Assembly (NCBI GenBank): GCA_965235115.1
Contig: OZ249436.1
Location: forward strand, 12,092,001-12,156,000
DNA length: 64,000 nt
Direction: 5' to 3'
Origin: Laetmonice hystrix
Lineage: Eukaryota
Under the pieces are notes generated by a model that was not told the DNA's origin, made no database searches, and saw nothing but the letters and a program-made list of their open reading frames with translations. Each line of letters starts with the position of its first letter. The first letter of the stretch is position 1. Both the position numbers and the translations under genes were made by a program. Of this stretch, positions 12,901 through 23,600 are shown one piece after another.

Positions 12901-15900
12901 TTAAAATTTTGAGAAAATACTGAAATGTGAAGTATACATATCACAACCATTTCAGTATTTTCTCCAAAGCGAACGTACGAGACCTATACGGTTGACCGTT
13001 ATACATCTGACCTAAGAATAATAATTTTTGGACCGTAGTTTCAATTTGACGTATCAAAAATGAAACCACTTTTCGCTTATAATTGCATTAACCTGTCTTT
13101 CGCCTAAGGGTCGCAGGTGCCTGCCAGCACGGCCAGGTATACGTGGTGATTCCACCGGTAGCCGGAAGGTGGCAGTGCAGTGGCAGCCGACGCTTCAGTA
13201 CAGTACCCTGGTGTTTCCCTGCAACATCTCTGTAATCTTCTTTTAGTTGGGGATGGGATATCTGATATAAGAAAGGCGTACAAGGTCATTTGCATTGTTA
13301 ATTAAACCTTTACGGCAAACAGCTATTTGGACTACCTGACAACGTTGTCGGGCGCTTACAGTTGGTCTGTAGGGGACAGACATTTGATGGGAGTAAATGA
13401 TAGAGCAAACGTATGGCCTGCCTCCTGGACAATACAGGCATGGAAACATGAAACATGAAGCGTTCTTATACTACTGGCTACTGTCGTATAGAAGCAAACA
13501 GTACAGTGAGGCCAAAGAGTACAGGGAGGGCAAAGAGTACTGTGAGGAATCCCTGCTAACCTAGTACCCAAGCGAACACTACAGTGAGGCCAAGCACTAC
13601 AGTGAGGCTAAACAGCATACTGTCGGGCCAAGCAGTGTGGGAGGCCAAACAGTACAGTGATACTCCCTACATGTAACGGCAACCCTAGTACCAAAGCAAA
13701 CAGTACAGTGAGTCAGTGAAAATGAAAGGTACAGACGAGGAGCATCTAATGTTAAAATCTTTGAGAAAATACTGAAATGTGAAGTATACATATCACAACC
13801 ATTTCAGTATTTTCTCCAAAGCGAACGTACGAGACCTATACGGTTGACCGTTATACATCTGACCTAAGAATAATAATTTTTGGGCCGTAGTTTCAATTTG
13901 ACGTATCAAAAATGAAACCATTTTTCGCTTATAATTGCATTAACCTGTCTTTCGCCTAAGGGTCGTAGGTGCCTGCTAGCACGGCCAGGTATACGTGGTG
14001 ATTCCACCGGTAGCCGGAAGGTGGCAGTGCAGTCGCAGCCGACGCTTTAGTACAGTACCCTGGTGTTTCCCTGCAACATCTCTGTAATCTTTTTTTTAGT
14101 TGGGGATGGGATATCTGATATAAGAAAGGCGGACAAGGTCATTTGCATTGTTAATTAAACATTTACGGCAAACAGCTATTTGGACTACCTGACAACGTTG
14201 TCGGGCGCTTACAGATGGTCTGTAGGGGACAGACATTTGATGGGAGTAAATGATAGACCAAACGTATGGCCTGCCTCCTGGACAATACAAGCATGGAAAC
14301 ATGAAACATGAAGTGTCCTTATACTACTGGCTACTGTCGTATAAAAGCAAACAGTACAGTGAGGCCAAAGAGTACAGGGAGGGCAAAGAGTACTGTGAGG
14401 AATCCCTGCTAACCTAGTACCCAAGCGAACACTACAGTGAGGCCGAGCGCTACAGTGAGGCTAAACAGCATACTGTCGGGCCAAGCAGTGTGGAAGGCCA
14501 TACAGTACAGTGATACTCCCTACATCTTACGGCAACCCTAGTACCAAAGCAAACAGTAGAGTGAGGCAGTGAAAATGAAAGGTACAGACGAGGAGCATCT
14601 AATGTTAAAATTTTGAGAAAATACTGAAATGTGAAGTATACATATCACAACCATTTCAGTATTTTCTCCAAAGCGAACGTACGAGACCTATACGGTTGAC
14701 CGTTATACATCTGACCTAAGAATAATAATTTTTGGGCCGTAGTTTCAATTTGACGTATCAAAAATGAAACCACTTTTCGCTTATAATTACATTAACCTGT
14801 CTTTCGCCTAAGGGTCGCAGGTGCCTGCCAGCACGGCCAGGTATACGTGGTGATTCCACCGGTAGCCGGAAGGTGGCAGTGCAGTGGCAGCCGACGCTTC
14901 AGTACAGTACCCTGGTGTTTCCCTGCAACATCTCTGTAATCTTCTTTTAGTTGGGGATGGGATATCTGATATAAGAAAGGCGGACAAGGTCATTTGCATT
15001 GTTAATTAAACATTTACGGCAAACAGCTATTTGGACTACCTGACAACGTTGTCGGGCGCTTACAGATGGTCTGTAGGGGACAGACATTTGATGGGAGTAA
15101 ATGATAGACCAAACGTATGGCCTGCCTCCTGGACAATACAAGCATGGAAACATGAAACATGAAGCGTCCTTATACTACTGGCTACTGTCGTAAAAAAGCA
15201 AACAGTACAGTGAGGCCAAAGAGTACAGGGAGGGCAAAGAGTACTGTGAGGAATCCCTGCTAACCTAGTACCCAAGCGAACACTACAGTGAGGCCGAGCG
15301 CTACAGTGAGGCTAAACAGCATACTGTCAGGCCAAGCAGTGTGGGAGGCCAAACAGTACAGTGATACTCCCTACATCTTACGGCAACCCTAGTACCAAAG
15401 CAAACAGTAGAGTGAGGCAGTGAAAATGAAAGGTACAGACGAGGAGCATCTAATGTTAAAATTTTGAGAAAATACTGAAATGTGAAGTATACATATCACA
15501 ACCATTTCAGTATTTTCTCCAAAGCGAACGTACGAGGCCTATACGGTTGACCGTTATACATCTGACCTAAGAATAATAATTTTTGGGCCGTAGTTTCAAT
15601 TTGACGTATCAAAAATGAAACCACTTTTCGCTTATAATTGCATTAACCTGTCTTTCGCCTAAGGGTCGCAGGTGCCTGCCAGCACGGCCAGGTATACGTG
15701 GTGATTCCACCGGTAGCCGGAAGGTGGCAGTGCAGTGGCAGCCGACGCTTCAGTACAGTACCCTGGTGTTTTCCTGCAACATCTCTGTAATCTTTTTTTT
15801 AGTTGGGGATGGGATATCTGATATAAGAAAGGCGTACAAGGTCATTTGCATTGTTAATTAAACCTTTACGGCAAACAGCTATTTGGACTACCTGACAACG

Positions 15901-18900
15901 TTGTCGGGCACTTACAGTTGGTCTCTAGGGGACAGACATTTGATGGGAGTAAATGATAGAGCAAACGTATGGCCTGCCTCCTGGACAATACAGGCATGGA
16001 AACATGAAACATGAAGCGTTCTTATACTACTGGCTACTGTCGTATAGAAGCAAACAGTACAGTGAGGCCAAAGAGTACAGGGGGGGCAAAGAGTACTGTG
16101 AGGAATCCCTGCTAACCTAGTACCCAAGCGAACACTACAGTGAGGCCAAGCACTACAGTGAGGCTAAACAGCATACTGTCGGGCCAAACAGTGGGGGAGG
16201 CCAAACAGTACAGTGAGGACTCCCTACATCTTACCGGCTGGCCTAGTACCAATGCAAACAGTACAGTGAGAAAGTGGAAATGAAAGGTACAGACGAGGAG
16301 CATCTAATGTTAAAATTTTGAGAATATACTGAAATGTGAAGTATACAGATCACAACCATTTCAGTATTTTCTCCTAAGCGAACGTACGAGACCTATGCGG
16401 TTGACCGTTATACATCTGGCCTAAGAATCATAATTTTGGGGCCGTAGTTTCAATTGTGTAAAATCAAAAATGTAGCCAATTTTCGCTTATAATTGCATTA
16501 ACCTGTCTTTCGCCTAAGGGTCACATGTGCCTGCCAGCCCGGCCAGGTATACGTGGTGATTCCACCGGTAGCCGGAAGGTGGCAGTGCAGTGGCAGCCGA
16601 CGCTTCAGTACAGTACCCTGGTGTTTTCCTGCAACATCTCTGTAATCTTTTTTTTAGTTGGGGATGGGATATCTGATATAAGAAAGGCGTACAAGGTCAT
16701 TTTCATTGTTAATTAAACCTTTACGGCAAACAGCTATTTGGACTACCTGACAACGTTGTCGGGCACTTACAGTTGGTCTGTAGGGGACAGACATTTGATG
16801 GGAGTAAATGATAGAGCAAACGTATGGCCTGCCTCCTGGACAATACAGGCATGGAAACATGAAACATGAAGCGTTCTTATACTACTGGCTACTGTCGTAT
16901 AGAAGCAAACAGTACAGTGAGGCCAAAGAGTACATGGAGGGCAAAGAGTACTGTGAGGAATCCCTGCTAACCTAGTACCCAAGCGAACACTACAGTGAGG
17001 CCAAGCACTACAGTAAGGCTAAACAGCATACTGTCGGGCCAAGCAGTGTGGGAGGCCAAACAGTACAGTGAGGACTCCCTACATCTTAGCGGCTGGCCTA
17101 GTACCAATGCAAACAGTACAGTGAGAAAGTGGAAATGAAAGGTACAGACGAGGAGCATCTAATGTTAAAATTTTGAGAAAATACTGAAATGTGAAGTATA
17201 CAGATCACAACCATTTCAGTATTTTCTCCAAAGCGAACGTACGAGACCTATACGGTTGACCGTTATACATCTGGCCTAAGAATCATAATTTTGGGGCCGT
17301 AGTTTCAATTTGACGTATCAAAAATGTAGCCAATTTTCGCTTATAATTGCATTAACCTGTCTTTCGCCTAAGGGTCACATGTGCCTGCCAGCCCGGCCAG
17401 GTATACGTGGTGATTCCACCGGTAGCCGGAAGGTGGCAGTGCAGTCGTAGCCGACGCTTCAGTACAGTACCCTGGTGTTTCCCTACAACATCTCTGTAAT
17501 CTTTTTTTAGTTGGGGATGGGATATCTGATATAAGAAAGGCGTACAAGGTCATTTGCATTGTTAATTAAACCTTTACGGCAAACAGCTATTTGGACTACC
17601 TGACAACGTTGTCGGGCGCTTACAGATGGTCTGTAGGGGACAGACATATTAGATGGGAGTAAATGATAGAGCAAACGTATGGCCTGCCTCCTGGACAATA
17701 CAGGCATGGAAACATGAAACATGAAGCGTCCTTATACTACTGGCTACTGTCGTATAGAAGCAAACAGTACAGTGAGGCCAAAGAGTACAGGGAGGGCAAA
17801 GAGTACTGTGAGGAATCCCTGCTAACCTAGTACCCAAGCGAACACTACAGTGAGGCCAAGCACTACAGTGAGGCTAAACAGCATACTATCGGGCCAAGCA
17901 GTGTGGGAGGCCAAACAATGCAGTGATACTCCCTACATCTTACGGCAACCCTAGTACCAAAGCAAAGAGTACAGTGAGGCAGTGGAAATGAAAGGTACAG
18001 AGGAGGAGCATCTAATGTTAAAATTTTGAGAAAATACTGAAATGTGAAGTATACATATCACAACCATTTCAGTATTTTCTCCAAAGCGAACGTACGAGAC
18101 CTATACGGTTGACCGTTATACATCTGACCTAAGAATAATAATTTTTGGGCCGTAGTTTCAATTTGACGTATCAAAAATGAAACCACTTTTCGCTTATAAT
18201 TGCATTAACCTGTCTTTCGCCTAAGGGTCGCAGGTGCCTGCCAGCACGGCCAGGTATACGTGGTGATTCCACCGGTAGCCGGAAGGTGGCAGTGCAGTGG
18301 CAGCCGACGCTTCAGTACAGTACCCTGGTGTTTCCCTGCAACATCTCTGTAATCTTCTTTTAGTTGGGGATGGGATATCTGATATAAGAAAGGCGTACAA
18401 GGTCATTTGCATTGTTAATTAAACCTTTACGGCAAACAGCTATTTGGACTACCTGACAACGTTGTCGGGCGCTTACAGTTGGTCTGTAGGGGACAGACAT
18501 TTGATGGGAGTAAATGATAGAGCAAACGTATGGCCTGCCTCCTGGACAATACAGGCATGGAAACATGAAACATGAAGCGTTCTTATACTACTGGCTACTG
18601 TCGTATAGAAGCAAACAGTACAGTGAGGCCAAAGAGTACAGGGAGGGCAAAGAGTACTGTGAGGAATCCCTGCTAACCTAGTACCCAAGCGAACACTACA
18701 GTGAGGCCAAGCACTACAGTGAGGCTAAACAGCATACTGTCGGGCCAAGCAGTGTGGGAGGCCAAACAGTACAGTGATACTCCCTACATGTAACGGCAAC
18801 CCTAGTACCAAAGCAAACAGTACAGTGAGTCAGTGAAAATGAAAGGTACAGACGAGGAGCATCTAATGTTAAAATCTTTGAGAAAATACTGAAATGTGAA

Positions 18901-19284
18901 GTATACATATCACAACCATTTCAGTATTTTCTCCAAAGCGAACGTACGAGACCTATACGGTTGACCGTTATACATCTGACCTAAGAATAATAATTTTTGG
19001 GCCGTAGTTTCAATTTGACGTATCAAAAATGAAACCATTTTTCGCTTATAATTGCATTAACCTGTCTTTCGCCTAAGGGTCGTAGGTGCCTGCTAGCACG
19101 GCCAGGTATACGTGGTGATTCCACCGGTAGCCGGAAGGTGGCAGTGCAGTCGCAGCCGACGCTTTAGTACAGTACCCTGGTGTTTCCCTGCAACATCTCT
19201 GTAATCTTTTTATCCCATCCCCTACAGGGGGATGGGATCTTCAGATTGTACGGTTTCGTCTTCCCTATTATTATTCTTTGCGTC

Positions 19285-19317
<33 letters not shown>
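19285..19317 (+). repeat. (GTA)11 microsatellite near the 5' end of the element (second copy 38682-38714)
   Basis: Direct reading of the sequence. A microsatellite just inside the 5' subTIR/IR is typical of DINE-1/HINE elements. Confidence 0.95.
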
Positions 19318-19699
19318 AACAGTGGCGTCCATCTCAGTCAGTTTTCAAGATATCTCAATCAAATTTGGCACACATCTTGACCATGACAAGGACTGGTCAG
19401 ACAATGAGTTGTGACATATCACGTGACGTGACGTATGACGTCACGTCATGACGTTCATATTGGGAATTTCCAAACCCCATCATGGCGTTTTAATCAGGCA
19501 AGGGTCTAGTCTAACATGGACCCTTCATTTGTCATTTGACCTTGAACTTTGCGAGAACTGGGTCCTCAGTCACAAATCTCTTAAATCGCTACTCCTTCTT
19601 CATTTTTTGGTGAAATTCGACAATATTAGGCAGAAGGACCCTCTACCATGAGCTTGTCTCAAATCATCAAAAGATAAGCGATTTGATTAATATTCGCTG

Positions 19700-20660
19700 A
19701 ATCACGTGACTTTGAAATTTCGAAAAATTGTCAATTTTCTAGAACTTGTAAACGGTGCCAGATTTGGCATTGGTTACTATTAACCACAGATAAGAAGTCA
19801 TTATGCTCTTTTATGATATTTTTTTTTTCAGGTCACGTGACCATTTTTAAAAATTAGAGGGAAAAAACAAAAACAAAAAGAAACGTGACTCGGCCTGGGA
19901 TTGAACGCGGGACCCTTCCGGTAGAAGTCCAAAAAAATAGGTGACTCGGCCTGGGATTGAACCGGCGACCCATAGCATGTGAGTCAAGACACTTATCGCC
20001 AGTGCTACGCCATCTGACAAGCTAATACTGGATTGAACTGGTACTGATTACCACAGCCAGTGAACCTATATTTTGTGAGGGCTATAACTTGCTATCACTT
20101 GGTATCGTCATCCTTAAGGTCACGTGACCTGTGACGTCGTAAAGATGTCATCGATATTTTCTAAGGGATATAACTTGTTAATGCTTGAAGTTAGACCCAT
20201 AGTTACTATTGAACACGAATAGGAAGTCATGTATACTCTTTCGTTTGGCATCATTATTTCTTAGGTCACGTGACCCATGACATAACGATGTCATCGATAT
20301 TTTCTCAGGGTTTTAACTTGTAAATGGTAGGAGTTAGACCCATAGTTAGTATTGAATATTTATAAACAGGAAGTCCTCATTATGTTCTTTCAATTGACAC
20401 CAAGATTTATTCTGTTGTGTGATCTATTACATCCTTATGACGTAACTGAGCCCTTCTAAGGATTGGTAGAAGCCTGTAACTAGTAAACGGTGCTAGATAC
20501 ACCTATAGTTATTTTTGAACATGAATAGGAAGTCCATTGAGATCAATATTTATGACGTAGCATAAGGTCATAATGACGTAACTTCCATCTTCTAAGGCTC
20601 ATAAGTCGTCACGGGTGCAAGATAGTACCATAGTTATCCCTATTCAGAACATGTTACATG
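19700..20660 (+). repeat. Degenerate ~146-bp central tandem repeats of the element (about 5 copies, interrupted at ~19845-20060)
   Basis: AGGTCACGTGACC at 19830, 20117 and 20263 (period 146). The motif aacttgt...(gacc)catagttactattgaacacgaataggaagtca recurs with variation near 19770, 20200, 20340, 20500 and 20630. Confidence 0.85.
19942..20014 (-). pseudogene. tRNA-like (Val, CAC-type anticodon loop) degenerate sequence / tRNA-SINE-head-like cassette inside the element
   Basis: Minus strand reads GATGGCGTAGCACTGGCGATAAGTGTCTTGACTCACATGCTATGGGTCGCCGGTTCAATCCCAGGCCGAGTCA. It has an A-box-like TAGCACTGG, loop CT-CAC-AT, B box GGTTCAATCC, and a T7 tract just downstream (A7 at 19931-19937 on +). 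Acceptor and anticodon stems do not pair properly. Confidence 0.6.
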
Positions 20661-23600
20661 GGACACCCCGGGGATGGGATCCATTGTGGTACTCCACAAC
20701 GTATCTAGTTTTTAGTTGGGGATGGGATATCTGATATAAGAAAGGCGGACAAGGTCATTTGCATTGTTAATTAAACATTTACGGCAAACAGCTATTTGGA
20801 CTACCTGACAACGTTGTCGGGCGCTTACAGATGGTCTGTAGGGGACAGACATTTGATGGGAGTAAATGATAGACCAAACGTATGGCCTGCCTCCTGGACA
20901 ATACAAGCATGGAAACATGAAACATGAAGTGTCCTTATACTACTGGCTACTGTCGTATAAAAGCAAACAGTACAGTGAGGCCAAAGAGTACAGGGAGGGC
21001 AAAGAGTACTGTGAGGAATCCCTGCTAACCTAGTACCCAAGCGAACACTACAGTGAGGCCGAGCGCTACAGTGAGGCTAAACAGCATACTGTCGGGCCAA
21101 GCAGTGTGGAAGGCCATACAGTACAGTGATACTCCCTACATCTTACGGCAACCCTAGTACCAAAGCAAAGAGTACAGTGAGGCAGTGGAAATGAAAGGTA
21201 CAGACGAGGAGCATCTAATGTTAAAATTTTGAGAAAATACTGAAATGTGAAGTATACATATCACAACCATTTCAGTATTTTCTCCAAAGCGAACGTACGA
21301 GACCTATACGGTTGACCGTTATACATCTGACCTAAGAATAATAATTTTTGGGCCGTAGTTTCAATTTGACGTATCAAAAATGAAACCACTTTTCGCTTAT
21401 AATTGCATTAACCTGTCTTTCGCCTAAGGGTCGCAGGTGCCCGCCAGCACGGCCAGGTATACGTGGTGATTCCACCGGTAGCCGGAAGGTGGCAGTGCAG
21501 TGGCAGCCGACGCTTCAGTACAGTACCCTGGTGTTTCCCTGCAACATCTCTGTAATCTTCTTTTAGTTGGGGATGGGATATCTGATATAAGAAAGGCGGA
21601 CAAGGTCATTTGCATTGTTAATTAAACATTTACGGCAAACAGCTATTTGGACTACCTGACAACGTTGTCGGGCGCTTACAGATGGTCTGTAGGGGACAGA
21701 CATTTGATGGGAGTAAATGATAGACCAAACGTATGGCCTGCCTCCTGGACAATACAAGCATGGAAACATGAAACATGAAGCGTCCTTATACTACTGGCTA
21801 CTGTCGTAAAAAAGCAAACAGTACAGTGAGGCCAAAGAGTACAGGGAGGGCAAAGAGTACTGTGAGGAATCCCTGCTAACCTAGTACCCAAGCGAACACT
21901 ACAGTGAGGCCGAGCGCTACAGTGAGGCTAAACAGCATACTGTCGGGCCAAGCAGTGTGGGAGGCCAAACAGTACAGTGATACTCCCTACATCTTACGGC
22001 AACCCTAGTACCAAAGCAAACAGTAGAGTGAGGCAGTGAAAATGAAAGGTACAGACGAGGAGCATCTAATGTTAAAATTTTGAGAAAATACTGAAATGTG
22101 AAGTATACATATCACAACCATTTCAGTATTTTCTCCAAAGCGAACGTACGAGGCCTATACGGTTGACCGTTATACATCTGACCTAAGAATAATAATTTTT
22201 GGGCCGTAGTTTCAATTTGACGTATCAAAAATGAAACCACTTTTCGCTTATAATTGCATTAACCTGTCTTTCGCCTAAGGGTCGCAGGTGCCTGCCAGCA
22301 CGGCCAGGTATACGTGGTGATTCCACCGGTAGCCGGAAGGTGGCAGTGCAGTGGCAGCCGACGCTTCAGTACAGTACCCTGGTGTTTTCCTGCAACATCT
22401 CTGTAATCTTTTTTTTAGTTGGGGATGGGATATCTGATATAAGAAAGGCGTACAAGGTCATTTGCATTGTTAATTAAACCTTTACTGCAAACAGCTATTT
22501 GGACTACCTGACAACGTTGTCGGGCACTTACAGTTGGTCTGTAGGGGACAGACATTTGATGGGAGTAAATGATAGAGCAAACGTATGGCCTGCCTCCTGG
22601 ACAATACAGGCATGGAAACATGAAACATGAAGCGTTCTTATACTACTGGCTACTGTCGTATAGAAGCAAACAGTACAGTGAGGCCAAAGAGTACAGGGAG
22701 GGCAAAGAGTACTGTGAGGAATCCCTGCTAACCTAGTACCCAAGCGAACACTACAGTGAGGCCAAGCACTACAGTGAGGCTAAACAGCATACTGTCGGGC
22801 CAAACAGTGTGGGAGGCCAAACAGTACAGTGAGGACTCCCTACATCTTAGCGGCTGGCCTAGTACCAATGCAAACAGTACAGTGAGAAAGTGGAAATGAA
22901 AGGTACAGACGAGGAGCATCTAATGTTAAAATTTTGAGAATATACTGAAATGTGAAGTATACAGATCACAACCATTTCAGTATTTTCTCCAAAGCGAACG
23001 TACGAGACCTATGCGGTTGACCGTTATACATCTGGCCTAAGAATCATAATTTTGGGGCCGTAGTTTCAATTTGACGTATCAAAAATGTAGCCAATTTTCG
23101 CTTATAATTGCATTAACCTGTCTTTCGCCTAAGGGTCACATGTGCCTGCCAGCCCGGCCAGGTATACGTGGTGATTCCACCGGTAGCCGGAAGGTGGCAG
23201 TGCAGTCGTAGCCGACGCTTCAGTACAGTACCCTGGTGTTTCCCTACAACATCTCTGTAATCTTTTTTTAGTTGGGGATGGGATATCTGATATAAGAAAG
23301 GCGTACAAGGTCATTTGCATTGTTAATTAAACCTTTACGGCAAACAGCTATTTGGACTACCTGACAACGTTGTCGGGCGCTTACAGATGGTCTGTAGGGG
23401 ACAGACATATTAGATGGGAGTAAATGATAGAGCAAACGTATGGCCTGCCTCCTGGACAATACAGGCATGGAAACATGAAACATGAAGCGTCCTTATACTA
23501 CTGGCTACTGTCGTATAGAAGCAAACAGTACAGTGAGGCCAAAGAGTACAGGGAGGGCAAAGAGTACTGTGAGGAATCCCTGCTAACCTAGTACCCAAGC

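Larger units (their letters stand above)
19212..20708 (+). mobile_element. Non-autonomous Helentron-associated (HINE / DINE-1-like) rolling-circle element, copy 1, inserted in the monomer T-run
   Basis: 5' subTIR ATCCCATCCCC (19212-19222) with adjacent inverted copy (19228-19238). (GTA)11 at 19285-19317. Degenerate ~146-bp central repeats. 3' subTIR GGGGATGGGAT (20670-20680), hairpin TTGTGG-tact-CCACAA (20684-20699), end ...ATCTAG. Flanked by T5 on each side, whereas the empty site is T8. No coding capacity. Confidence 0.85.

Noticed and set aside
19180..19651. Poly-Val ORF and 67-aa ORF in the element
   Set aside because: The poly-Val is the translated (GTA)11 and that ORF crosses the insertion junction. 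Neither ORF has Rep/helicase or transposase motifs.
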